From NCBI GenBank assembly GCA_002633005.1, contig NMRA01000293.1, positions 85,198-149,197 of the forward strand: 64,000 nucleotides of DNA, written 5' to 3'. Position 1 is the stretch's first letter, and each line of letters begins with the position of its first letter. Source of the DNA: Phoronis australis. Taxonomy: Eukaryota; Animalia; Phoronida. Of this stretch, positions 1-12,461 are shown piece by piece. The position numbers were made by a program, and so were the translations under genes. The notes under the pieces are model-generated. The model searched no databases. It saw only the letters and a list, made by a program, of their open reading frames with translations, and had not been told where the DNA came from.

Positions 1-444
1 GATGTGGCAAACGATTTTGTACGAGGAAGTGAAATGCGAAAGGCACAACTCGGGGTTTTTACCACGTTAGACTTAGCTGCAGCCCGAGTTCCTGTGTGCA
101 GCAGGGCAACGTCCACTGATTTATGTTGAAGAGTAAATAAAAACATTTATAATTATTACACACCTTCATTCTTACTGTTCAGCAAGAGTAATCGTATGAG
201 CGGCATGTATGTTGCTCCAAAAATTTCCAGTCAATCTTAACAAAAAATTAACTCTAAAAGTACAGCATCTGTTACACACCTTATTATTAGTAAACATATT
301 TTTTCATAAAATTCAAAACGTACCTAGTGGTTGCAGTAGTTCATTTTACAGCGTTGATATATACACCCCAGTGCAACGAAATTAGAAGTTACGTATCGAC
401 CAGGGTCGGTGCCCCCCAATAATTTTTACCTTCCTACGGGCCTG
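1..444 (+). mobile_element. Right end of a hAT-type DNA transposon (ZMYM1/PRKRIR-like transposase C-terminus) in a SPO11 intron
   Basis: Frame 1 reads DVANDFVRGSEMRKAQLGVF, resembling the conserved tail of these transposases; ends in TIR-like CCTTCCTACGGGCCTG, which recurs at ~2241-2256. Confidence 0.55.
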
Positions 445-574
445 GATTTACATGTTTATATATCTACGAAAACTTACAGGTTAATAGATGATTTTTGGCA
501 GTTACAAGCTAGTCTTTTAAGAAATGATTACGGTTCAGGGAATTAAGTTGAAGCATGAATATGGAAAAAACTTT

Positions 575-1200
575 AGTATAATCCGATCCCCCAATAGTAA
601 AGGACAATTGGACGCTTTTTGCCTATCTAAAATAATTCTCAAGGACATTGATGAAATTCGGACACTTCCCAAAATTTACTCACAATTCAAATGACAATAA
701 ATGCATTGCTTTTTTGACTTCGGTACAGGTTTTGTTGTTTAAACTCACTAACAGGGGATCAAAACGGAATTTTATAAGTCCTTAAATCAGGTAAGCGCAT
801 TGTTCATGGATTTGATTGTTGGTTTCTGATTTACATGTTTATGAAAATGTACTGATTAAGAGCTGATTTTCTTACAATCAGAAGCTAACCTTGTAAGAAG
901 TGACAATGCTTCAATGAACTTAGTTGCAGGCCGACATTGGGAAATTTCGATCTATCATCAGATCCCCCAGTATGAAAGTACATTAAATGATTCTTGTCTA
1001 TCTGAAATAAGTCTCAAGGAAATTGATGATTTTCGGACAGCTCAACAAAGTGTTCCAAAATGTTCTCACGCTTCGAATGACAGTAAATTGTATCTTGGCG
1101 TAGGAACTAGATTACTGGGTTTAAGTTTACAAACTGCAGATCGAAAAAGACGTTTAAGTACTTAAACAAATAAAATTAAGTCATTGGTCATCAAATTGGA
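575..1200. repeat. Diverged direct duplication (~230 bp units at ~575-810 and ~950-1200)
   Basis: Colinear shared blocks GATCCCCCA, CTATCT.AAATAA.TCTCAAGGA.ATTGATGA..TTCGGACA and AATGACA.TAAAT. Confidence 0.7.
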
Positions 1201-1317
1201 AAGGATCTCTTTGCACTTCCTTGATGTTTTTAGTTTCCAGTAGTATTGCGCAATGAATTTTTGTTCTTCCAAAACTGAATCGTTTGCTTGCATTTTCCGT
1301 GCATACTACACACACGG

Positions 1318-1577
1318 CATGCGCACACCCAGCCTAAAATATAGGAAAGCTCTATTTTTTGAGGATGTGGACATTTTACTAAAGAAAAATAAACGGAATA
1401 CGGGGCTTGTTCAGGCTATGAATTGTGCATATGCCGAATTCCTGCCTCAGTAGACTTTTGTCTCATTTATCTCGTACTTTTTGTTTCTTTGAGGCGGACC
1501 TTTTTGCCCACTTTACCGAATGGGGGGAGGGATCGTTCGGGTCCCCCGAGCCCAACCCCCCTATGGGTGTGCGCATG
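1318..1577. mobile_element. MITE with TIR CATGCGCACACCCA and 5-bp TSD CACGG
   Basis: Perfect inverted termini, CACGG on both flanks; related inverted copy at ~58090-58332. Confidence 0.8.
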
Positions 1578-2368
1578 CACGGAGCACGTCCTGACTGGCA
1601 CACCCACGTTAAAAGTGTTAAAAGTAAGGTGTAACCATGTAGGCCTAGTAGGTCTGCGTAGAATATCAGTTATCCATGGGAACTAAATTTGAACTCCAGA
1701 CGTTGGAGTGTGTACATTTTTGGGACACACTCTGTATCATTTCCCCCAGCAACCAGAACAAATTGCACTACCGGCAGTGTTTCATCTAGGCATTCTGAAA
1801 CGGCCACAAAGGCACTCATACCAGGCACCTCGGGACCTCACCTTTCCAAAAAATTACTTCAAAGAATGTTCATAATAAATTGAAGTTTTCCCCGAAACTG
1901 TGTCATAATAAAGCAAACCTTGGCCTTCAACCCAGAGCTGAAGAATAGGTAGGAATCCACTGTTGGAACCCAGCTATAATTACTTCAGGCAGCTCCCAGC
2001 TACCCGTCAGTGCGCTGGCCCTAGACTCATTCTTACTCTCCGTGAAACTTTGTTGGTTCACGGTTACTCAAATCGTAATGGCTGCACCCCTGGTATTACC
2101 CCCACCTACGGCGAACGTGGGGGGGGGTGTCGGTACAAATATGATGACACCCAGAGAACGGGTGGGGGGAGGGGTGGCGATAGCAAGGGGGTAGGTTGAC
2201 GAAGTCAAATCGGTTTGTGCCCCCCCCTCCCAATAATTTTTCCTTCCTACGGGCCTGGTAAGGGACACGTTGAGGCCACTTTCATAATCATAACAATAAG
2301 TGGTCTTAATCAAAAGTTAATGTCCATATAAGGCGTGTGTATAACAGCTTTGGCTTGCACATGACTAG

Positions 2369-5300
2369 GGTAAAGGATTTCCTGACGTCAACACAAGAAT
2401 GATGCTGAAGCTGCTGTATACAACTCTGCACATCCCTGTCCTGGCGCTGGTAGATGCTGATCCGCACGGTGAGCACTGACAATTAATAAATGTCCAACTC
2501 TTAATACAAAACCGGTGAATATCTTCTTTTTTACAGGGAGTGTAGGCGTGGATACAGATGACCGAATGGGTTTCTGTGCCCGGTTGCAAGAAACGGTTCC
2601 AAATAAGTTCCCTAAATATTTTGCGTAGGCCTATTTGTGTCGTTCTTTACTTTCTATCATTTTATGTTAACTATGACCTCCCCCATCTGCCAAAAATTGC
2701 ATGAACTAAATCGATAGTTTCATTGGAACATATTGTTGAAAAGTGTGTATAGTGTCAGAGACTGCTGGACAGGTCCTGTGCAGCAAGAATCTGTATTTTT
2801 AAATTTGATCTAAAAATACAGAATCTCAAAGTCTCTTGATACAAGGAATAGTCGAAATATTACCTTATTGCGCAAAATACATGTACTTAAAACCTTATCC
2901 AGTCTAATTTATGTCTTCAGTAACTTGGATTTAAATAGCGTAAATCGGGCAAAGGTTAATGCTATTATAAAGAATTGTTTGGGAAAACAAACCCCGAGAG
3001 TTAGACAATTGGCTGTCAATACCCATGGAAATGCTGGTTTGGCAATTTCGGACATTAATATCATGACTATAAATCACTACTAAAGAAGTGGGTTAAGCGT
3101 TTACGGAACGGGAACAAAACATTTTTAAACAGTGTGGGGTAATTGTAATTTTTAAATCTAACTATAAATATAAATTGTTATCTTTAGAAAATCACAATGC
3201 CTTCTACCATGACATTCTAATGGCATGTGAAGAAATCTTTGAATATTTAAATCAAGACATATCAGTAGTAAACTAGGTGATTTGGAACAACAAAGGCATA
3301 TTAATTATTGAAAAAAACTGTATTTTCAGGTGTTTATATGAGGCAGGCATTATTTTTGTGAAAGACCTTTTATATTTTGAAAATCAATTTGTCTGGGGAA
3401 GTCCTGAAGGAAAGATACAAGTGATCAAATTGGATAAATTATGTTGCCTTGAGACGAGCGATCAAATTGCAGGTTCGAAACCTCGTGATTTGCAAGTCAT
3501 ATTGCATAAAATCTTTCAAATCAAATCAGTTTGATACTCATTATACGAGAAATATGCTTTCTAAAATTGCCTCGCCTCCTGATGTCATACAGTTTGATTG
3601 ATTGTTGTACCAGACAACAAATTAAGGAAATCTATGCTCTTCCATATAAGCTATTATTACTTCCTTATGTGAGAACATTGAAATATTATTATATTCGTAG
3701 AAAGGTTTTTACCAAATATATTTAAAAAAGTGAAAATAGTTGGCGAGGACACATGTACATCGTGCAGAGCTGTAGAAACTTTTGACCATATGTTTATTGA
3801 GTGTAAAGTTGTTAAAGCCTTGTGGCATGACGTTCAGAGATCAATAACCAACAAAGATGCACATCATAATGTAAATGCAGAGAAGGATGTGATATTCACT
3901 GCATATTTTGACTGCGATTTTGGTATATGGTATATTAACCATTTGTCAATACTTTATTTATCTGTGTGCTTAAGACGAAACTGCACCTGCCTACACAAAG
4001 CATTTAACTATCATCTTTGTAACTATATAATTGCCATACGAAATAGTCTTCCTTTGAGAAATATGAAACTCAAAACAATCATTTGAAGCAATAGTAAAAA
4101 AATCAAATCGTGTTTACCTACTATAATTTTGAAGCATGAATGTGTGTGTGTCCTTGCTATTGTTATTTTCTTGAATAAACTACCAAAAATGACCTCTTTG
4201 ACTACTGACATTTTCTAAAAACATAACTAAAAACTGACCCCTTAGTTCAATGATGATAGATAGGGACTAATAGTCCATAAATTAGGGGCTTTGCATGAAA
4301 AGATCAATACTTATTTTCAATAATTTTGAGAACTTAACGTAGAGCTCACGCTCGATTTGTATCAAATCCAAAAACTGACTTGGTAAGGAATCTGAAACAG
4401 CATAAGGAAGAACACAATCAGTGTTTGTCCCAAGTCCACAGAGACACAGTACATTTAGGGAACTTGTTTGAGTCTCTATTAAGGACTGTGTCAAGCAATA
4501 ACGACAGGGCAGGGGTAAGTGTAAATGGCATCCTGTATTCATTTAGAACCCTACAAAAGTGACCGAGCTGACGTTCCGGGCGCCCTGTCTCTGCGCTTGG
4601 AGTAAGCATTTTCAACTCCGTTTTCAGTTACCACTATTGCTTAAACACTCTTAAAATAATTAATAATATAATATTTGGATCAGCACGGTTGCAGTATTTG
4701 TACGTTGTGTCATGTTGGTAACATGTAATTATGCTCTTTCCAGGTATCGAGATTATGACTGTTTACAAATATGGATCAAAGGTAACTCTTGAAATGACAT
4801 TGTCGTTTTACTGCCGAAAACGCATTTTTGGGGATTATTTTTTGATATGACAGACTTTCGAAGTTATTGGCTTTGTTGCAATTTTATTACAAATAGCCAA
4901 TATTTCTGCGCTTGGTGCCAGACATTCGCTGAAATCAAGGCTTGTGACTACCAGTTGAAGCCTGATTTAGCGCCGCCATCGGAGGGTTTAACTGTGGCCG
5001 CTAAGGTTCCAGGTTCACATGCGCGTTGGGACTGATCCCAGAAAACCACCCTTCTTGCTGATAATGTCACTTTACGTATGCTAAACTTGTGTTTATGTTC
5101 AGGCTTTTCCGTGACCGAATCCAAGGGTCACTAAGAATGACGTACAAAAACATATAAAAGAGCCAAGTGGCACTTCAATACGAATAGGGCATTTTGCCCA
5201 ACTATAACAATCTAGCTAACTGTGTGAATACTAGCGTCAAAGTATTTATAGTTTTGTACCAGTTAAGGGGGCTAATACACCTTCGGCTTATATTTCATGG

Positions 5301-7862
5301 GCAAACATGACAGACTGAGTGAACACTCTACCCTGTTAGGCAAACTAATTGTTTGTGTTGGCGTCAGTACACACGGTCCCACAGGGCAAGTTTACAAGCA
5401 TTTCTAAATTTTCTTTTAACCCCTCGGAACAGAAATTCGATTTTTTTTTGTTATTGAAAGAGATGCAAAACATGAACAAATTCGGAAGGGCGCAGCATTT
5501 ATAATGACGTAGACAATGAAACGGCATTGTTTCTTCGGACACATCACCCTCCGCACTTCCGTATGTTGGTATTCGCTGCTAACTTCATTACAAGGGTTTT
5601 TGTAATTTATTCATGTAAAAAAGTGTAAATAGGCGCAGGCATCTTCCGTGAAATCTGGCATGTGAATCATATGGACTCGTATACGAAATGATAAATTTTC
5701 TGAGGGATATTTAAAAACGACTCATTCCAAAGATAAGGTAAAATGTTTATATTCTAATGTATGCCTGACCAACGAGCTAGATACTGTATCTAGCTCATTG
5801 GTCTGACGTAATGTTTCTTGGGAGACAAAGCAATTCGCAGCCGGTCAAATTAGTTCATTAATCTTTAGTGTGTTTTGTTTTCTGCCAATCATCCACGAAC
5901 ATGACACGGTCAAAGATAATAAAATGTCAGTTGGGTCAAATAATTTCACGAAAACAGTGATCTTAAAACGAGACGTGTTGAAAAGTTCAAAACAGAGAAT
6001 GCCTGATTACAACTGAGTGAATAATGCATTTCCTCGGGGAAAATCGTTCAAGTGCAACATTCCCGAATATAAGGATTTACTTGAATACTGTAGGTCCATT
6101 GGCTTTGTTGAGTACCTTTCCAAGAGTTCAAATGCTTTATACATACAGGCGGGAGTAGCGAACTGTGCGCGCTCAAATTGTGGGCCAGTGACCAGACTGC
6201 AGACTCATACCGCATGTATTTTCTATTCCAGTCCATGGCATTTGACGCAACACATCTCACTGTCCCGTCACTACAATGGCTGGGTGTACTGCCAACGGAC
6301 ATAACCAATCTTCACATTCCCAGCCACGTGCTCGTTCCGTTGACTACAGCGGACAGAAACAAAGCGAGAGACTTGTTGGCCAGACCCCACTTAGCCTCAC
6401 ACCCCAAGTGGGTGAAACAGGTGGAGAACTTGAGTAGAATTGGCTTGAATCCAATTTTGTCAATAATTCGTGATTTACCGGTCTTCACAAAGTCGACACT
6501 CCAAAGCCTTGTAGTACCAAAACTTGTTTTGCTGATAAATTGCAATATCGGGCTTTTCGAATAAGCACGAAGCACTGGTCCTCGATTGAGCTACTTCAAA
6601 CATGAAGGACAGTGACCAAAGAAAAAAGCACCTACGGTCAATACGAAACCCCGAGACATTATCTATGAGTAAGTTAGTGAGATGAGCCCCAGCGCGGTAT
6701 GTAACCATGACCTGTGGTCTAATTTTTCATTTTTGACATTTTCCTTTCTGCTTTTCCGAATGTCGCAACAAAATATTGTGCAACTGGTGCACTTGTTATT
6801 AATTAATACACACGCCACTCTCGTGAAATAACTGAATATTAACTCTTGAGGTGAACATAGTTGGTCGAAATGCACGTTCAGGAGCGGAGAAGTAATTTTA
6901 TGAAAGAATACAAACTTTCCCGCCAACTTTTAATACTGACAGCACATATGCTTGACCAGCATGACTTGATACCCGACATTACAAAGCATCCATCACACAG
7001 TGAGAGATTGTGAACGCGTAGCTCGATCCGAAACATTCAGGGCTTGAAATTACCAATAGCCAAATAAAAAAATCCCAGGTGATGTATCGTTTCACAAATA
7101 AATAGACTTATGTGATAGAAACATTTTTTGTGTTGTAAAATTTAACTGAAATAAACGTTTTTGCATGAATAAAGTCAAAATCATGATAAAAAAGACAAAA
7201 AAGGATGAAATTTAAAATCAAGTAAAAGGAAATCGACACCACTAATGAAAAGAGGAAAAACCTTTAAATGAGGAAAATTCCAAGCCCTGAATAGTGCTAA
7301 GTCACGAGCCACCGAAAGCTGCTGCTTTGATTAGCATAAAATGAAACATAATCGGTGAGTCATGTTCGCGACAACGTGCCTCGATCGTACTGCCATGTAC
7401 GTGCTTCGTACGTCAATAATCAGACCAATTTGTTAACTCGAGATAGTACTTCCCATTTGAAGGCAAGTGAAGTCTACGTGCAAAATCGATGTTTCGTACA
7501 GGCATTTGTTCACCAAACCTAATTAACAAGTAGCTTATTGATATTGCATAAACCTATGATCATATTGTAGCAATTTGTAAAGTATTGAATCAGACCACCC
7601 TACTTTATGAACTGGCATGCGACTCGTCATGCACGTCAGCTCGATCGTTATCACCGTCATGTGTATACGGTGCGGTGGCCTGTTCACAAATAAATTGATA
7701 AATCTATGGTATTCTGTAAGTAGTCTGCTCGATCTCTTTTAGGTGAAAGTGCTACTGGAAACGGGATGTAAGGCCGAGATTCAGTGCCTGTCGGCAATAT
7801 CTATGAATTTTCTCACTGACGTCTACTTGCCAAATAAAATACAGCAAGGCGGTTGGATTTAA
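2369..7862 (+). CDS. SPO11: Meiotic recombination protein SPO11 (TopoVI-A family), 3' part; last four coding exons, 5' exons lie upstream of the window
   Basis: GT-AG exons with consistent phases: 2369-2468 (GKGFPDVNTRMMLKLLYTTLHIPVLALVDADPHG, TOPRIM DxD motif), 4744-4781 (GIEIMTVYKYGSK), 6232-6420 (SMAFDATHLTVPSLQWLGVLPTDI...HPKWVKQ), 7743-7862 (VKVLLETGCKAEIQCLS...VYLPNKIQQGGWI*). Closely resembles the animal SPO11 C-terminus as recalled. Confidence 0.96.
2780..4090 (+). mobile_element. Degenerate 5'-truncated non-LTR retrotransposon (Tx1/L1 clade), post-RT region
   Basis: Frameshifted fragments KIHVLKTLSSLIY, GNAGLAISDI, KWVKRL, IWNNKGILI, AGIIFVKDLL and Cys/His motif CTSCRAVETFDHMFIECKVVKALW (zf-RVT-like). 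Confidence 0.8.
7038..7289 (+). mobile_element. MITE, TIR CAGGGCTTG(G/A)AAT family
   Basis: Inverted termini; internal sequence aligns in reverse with 38307-38568. Confidence 0.75.
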
Positions 7863-7953
7863 CAGAGTCTGCGTGGATTTGGGCTTGTGGATCGGGCAAT
7901 GTGTCCACGGACACGAAGCCAGTAAACGAAATTTGTTTGTAACTTCTTTAGAC

Positions 7954-7959
7954 AATAAA
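7954..7959 (+). terminator. Probable SPO11 polyadenylation signal AATAAA
   Basis: AATAAA about 90 nt after the SPO11 stop codon. Confidence 0.5.
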
Positions 7960-8066
7960 ACTGTTATTCAAATGCAAACGAGTTGTTTCAAAAGTGGTGC
8001 ATTATTAAGAACAGTTTGTACTAAACATGTGTTTCACTGATAAATTATCTGTTAAAAAGAGACCTA

Positions 8067-8072
8067 TTTATT
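8067..8072 (-). terminator. Candidate polyadenylation signal of the HS3ST gene (implies a ~3.3 kb 3'UTR)
   Basis: TTTATT on + strand (AATAAA on -) just beyond the SPO11 3' end; 8080-11399 shows no recognisable coding sequence or transposon. Confidence 0.35.
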
Positions 8073-11000
8073 CACCATCACAAAGGTCATCTATGAATAC
8101 TGCAACTACACTTTAACAGTTCAAATCACAGAACGGTTCTTACGTGAATTAAACACAATTAGAATATGACAAACTATGTCTACGTTTAAAAATAATTCAC
8201 TCATTAGGTATTAATATAAAAGTAACAGTCCCCTAAATTGGAGAGGATCCAAAAATGTCAAAGAAAAGGTGATTTTAAAGATTTATGACTGGATAAAATG
8301 CTTGCAATGCATGTAGACTCACATTGAATTATAAAATGCCTCAAGTTTACACAGAAAATGAGTAAGTACTGTTACTTAACTGCCCTCATCTGGGGAAGTG
8401 TTGAGCCATAACTTGCATTGGGTAAGTTATGACCTGGGTACAAATGAAGAGGGGGCAGCCTTCTCTTTATGTACTAACACAAGGACATACCATGTTAGAA
8501 AAATCCTTTGCCATGTTTGGAAATTGTAAGCCATGTTTGCAAAGCTCCCAGCCATGATAATTAAAATCTTGGGGGCATTTTTCAAAACTTGAATTTTAAG
8601 AGTAATCATTGAAATAGTGGCATGGGGTAGGTGTTTGTAATTCTTTTGCTGTAAAAACGATAACCACATTTGCAGCAAGTGGCTTCTGTGGAGAAGCAGA
8701 AAGGAGGAATATGATACAAAAACATGGCATGCAACCATGTGTTTGCACAATATTTGCATTTTTGCTAAAGGAGAACCATGGCAACAAAACTTTTCTAACT
8801 TTTCAATATGACCACCAACAGAATACAAATATAATAATAACCATGCACAGCATGTTCCTGTCAATCATAAATACTAGTAAATTAGTATAATTTAATGCTG
8901 GTTAAATGCACACTCAAAATAAGGGCATTTAAAACTGGTGCACTGATATTATGTGACCACAGCTGCAGCTCATAGGAGAGCAAAGGGGCATTATATCGCA
9001 TGAAGCCCCTTGGGCCTGCATGTGCTTTTTTCAGTGTTTTTAGAATGTACCTAAATATGTAATAAGAGGAATGCATCCGCCTTCTATCTACTTCCAATGA
9101 AATTGCTCAGAACTTTGGGATGTTGACACACTGATGCCTTGCTGATTGCTAGCTACCCAGCTGCTGCAGGACCATAGACATCACAGTATTAATATTTCTA
9201 TGAGCAGGACCTTCAGCTGGGATCATTTATTGATCAAAGTTTGCAGTCATTGAATGATCCCACTCAAAGGTTAGGTAGCTCGCGATCAACAAGCATGCCA
9301 CACAGTGGCAAGATTGAGAACATCATAAAACTTCCAGTCGATTTCATTCAGAATGGATAGAGGACAGCTGCATTCCCTTTTTTACATACATTGTGTAAGA
9401 GAGGTAAGTTCTAAAGATTGAAATTAGCTCCCATGCTCTAGCCTTGTCCCAGCAACAACAGCGGTGATCAAATCAACAATCATCAATTACAATAGCATGA
9501 GGTAGTAATGTTATCTACTTGTTTATATCCTTATAATTTTATCAACTCCTGATCATGCAGTACTAAAATTATCATTGATATGAATGGAAACCTATGAGAA
9601 CAAACAAGTTACATAGGTACAATGGGTTAATTATAAATAAACAGTGAGAGACAAATACAGTGAGACAAGTTGTCACACAGTGGAGTGGTTAAAAATCTGT
9701 TATATACCCTGGTCTGGGAGAAACACACTCAATCTGACCTTGAAGCAGTTAATTAGGTGTTAGACAAATGCCCAAGGGAGTGCCATATTCGTATGGGTTA
9801 GCATTCACGTTCAGTGACACACACCCCACAATATTCCAAGTTTTCGCTCAGCTCTTAAAATGAACACAATTCTCTTGCCTACAACTAACAAGCACCCCAA
9901 TGACTGTGTGTAAATGCTCGGAAACTACGACATCAATAAACTGCGGTAGTCTTGACAAGGAAATTCTGCCACCTGGATCTAACAATCCACTTCTCTATGG
10001 GTCATTTATGTTGGGTCAAAAGATGTAACAACAAAATCACCTATTAAGAATTATTTTAGAAAACACTTGGCTGATGAGCCAATCTGTATGGTTCACGGAT
10101 CGTGGCATTAGTTTGAGACATTACAACCTATTTTTGTTGTATTTTGCCCATTTGAACAAATGCATTAGAGCAGGGATTGGAATGAACAATGACAGAGAAG
10201 AGGAAAATTTTCTGGGTAATGTATTCGCTGAGATCCTGCACAAATATGTCTTAATTTTTTGGGTACAACTTTCCCCAAAAGATACTACCAGCAGGATTAG
10301 AATGTCCAAGATGGATAGATTCGGAACCTCCAGCAATACAAGACCAACAGTTGATTATCACAGGGTTATGCGGTAATTCTATGCTTATTTCACACAAAAA
10401 CAATTGCCAAATATTTTCTTTTCCCATTTTTTAAAAGCCAACAACTTTGCAGCAGAAAATGTAATTTGGCCAAATGTTGTTTCATGGCATCCACACAGTA
10501 CAAACCATGCTAACAGTAATAGATTGAAATTTTTTTAATTTAAATTTCTGTGAAAAAAAATTGGAAAAATTAGAAATTCACTTGTCGGCCATATGGTGTG
10601 CAAAGAACTACTGCACCTTTTACAAGGAAATCAATCTTGCCTCTTCATGTTCCACACAGAGTGGGGACTCATAACAGCCAACCTTTCTCAGTTAATAACC
10701 ATAACTAATTTCTCTTGAGAACTGTAGTTCCCTTCTCATGAACTGCAGTTCGGTCTCTCAAAAAGTATTTCTAATACACTACAGCACTTCTTTTTTAAAA
10801 CATCTGACAGTTGCTTTACACAAGTCAAATCAGTGCTGGAAAGTGGAAACATATGTGGCTTATGATAAAAGAATTGCATTTTTTCATCAGAATAAAATGG
10901 CAGTAAATAAAAAATAGTGCACTTGAGGAAATGCGTAAACTTACTAGAAAATCTGTGTTAAGGAGAATAAATGTCAAAAAGTAGGGAAGAGGATTGTAAG

Positions 11001-11399
11001 CTCTATATTACACGAGCATACAAGTGGGTGGATCACTTCATGGGAAGAGGTACACCTGAGGTATAATGTTCTCCACTGTACAAATGCAAGAAAGAGTAGG
11101 AACAGAAGACTCCTAAAATGCCTGGCATAGCTTGAAGGTGGACTCGTGTCATGTGACACGTCTTACTTCATACGAACTTGCACCTGGTCAAGTAAAGGAG
11201 ATGAACAAAACTGCTGAACATGCAATATAACACATGTTCCAATGAACACAACCATGACGTCACTTTTTGATGGATATCAGGCGTGAGTAGTGGAACATTT
11301 ACAAAATAATCGACACTCACAAAAGAATATTTTAGAGGATGCCTGTAAAGTCGTGTTAACGGAAAATGCACTAAAGAAACTTCCATACACAAACGTGCA

Positions 11400-12461
11400 C
11401 TATTTTTTGGGCCAGTTGAAACGGCGATGAATCACTCGGAACAACTTTTCATTGAATTCTACAAAATACTGCCTCAATGCCTGTATGACTTCTGGATCGA
11501 CATCAGGATGTGTCCGGCCTTTGCTTGACGTCAAGCACTTTGCACTTTTCAAACCTCCATTCAGAGACTGATTTCTAAAGCAGTAAAAACCTTTTGTGCT
11601 GTTATAGACTAGATTCTCTTCATTGATTCTGTGAGGCAAACCTAAGAAAGTCTCCACGGCTTTAATCTCCTTATGAGGATTTTTGACGATTTTGTATCCA
11701 TCAACAAAATGAAACTGTTCTATTGGAAAATATCGCAGCCAATTTTGTATGTGGCGGACATATATTGATCTATGCAACAAAGGACTAGACTCATTCACTT
11801 CCTCTGTCTCATAGTTATACACTTTACTCTCGAAGGTCCCATAATTTCTCCCTGCCGCATCTTGCTTCTCTTTGATCTGAACGTAGTCGGAAACTGCTCG
11901 TTCAACTGGATCTCTAAGTATGACCAGAATCTTTATGCTCGAATTCATTTGCTTCACTCTTTCAGGCACTTCATCTGTGTGTAAGTATGATGGAGTTTTC
12001 TCCAGCGTAATTTGGCCAGGGAAAGAGAAAGGCATTTGCTTTCGGTAGTAATCAAGTCCAAGCACATAATTATCGTCATCATCAAAAAAGTGCTGTTCGT
12101 GTCCAGCTGTCATGATTAACGGATGTATGTTCAAAATCTGAAGCAGAGCACGTGTCCCTGCCTTGCGAGCACCAATGATAAGGCACTGGGGAAGACGACG
12201 TTTGGTCCCATGATAGCGAATTCGCTCATGCCTGTACGCATCTACTGAGGTAGTCGCACAGCCATTTCCGACACACTTGACAACATTTTGAGGTCCGCCA
12301 GGCTGGTAGAAGTTGAAAATCAGTATCAGACTCACTGTAATAATCAATAACACAATGGTGACTACCTTTCCTTTGCTCCACTTAAGACACCATGACGGCA
12401 GTAGCTTGGTCTGTTTAAGGACGTTCTCGTGGGTCAGAGAATCTTTCCACTTTACTTGCAT
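11400..12461 (-). CDS. HS3ST: Heparan sulfate glucosamine 3-O-sulfotransferase (HS3ST1/HS3ST5-like), 353 aa, single coding exon
   Basis: Intact ORF with an N-terminal type II membrane anchor (VVTIVLLIITVSLILIF), 5'-PSB LPQCLIIGARKAGTRAL, EQHFFD, EKTPSY, 3'-PB RDPVERAVSDY and KGFYC..KCL..SKGRTHP. First in-frame ATG is at 12461 (the ORF track starts at a GTG). A splice acceptor TTTCTTTCAG places the exon start at 12486. Confidence 0.95.
   Translation of the reverse strand: MQVKWKDSLTHENVLKQTKLLPSWCLKWSKGKVVTIVLLIITVSLILIFNFYQPGGPQNVVKCVGNGCATTSVDAYRHERIRYHGTKRRLPQCLIIGARKAGTRALLQILNIHPLIMTAGHEQHFFDDDDNYVLGLDYYRKQMPFSFPGQITLEKTPSYLHTDEVPERVKQMNSSIKILVILRDPVERAVSDYVQIKEKQDAAGRNYGTFESKVYNYETEEVNESSPLLHRSIYVRHIQNWLRYFPIEQFHFVDGYKIVKNPHKEIKAVETFLGLPHRINEENLVYNSTKGFYCFRNQSLNGGLKSAKCLTSSKGRTHPDVDPEVIQALRQYFVEFNEKLFRVIHRRFNWPKK

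Noticed and set aside
4380-4610. Exon-like segments ending in GTAAGT/GTAAGC inside a SPO11 intron
   Set aside because: SPO11 exons 2369-2468 and 4744-4781 join seamlessly (DPHG-IEI); no recognisable homology in this segment
6178-6564. 128-aa ORF as a standalone gene
   Set aside because: Only 6232-6420 is coding (SPO11 exon); the flanks are intron read-through
8427-8864. 145-aa minus-strand ORF
   Set aside because: Non-ATG start, no recognisable homology, lies in the presumed HS3ST 3'UTR
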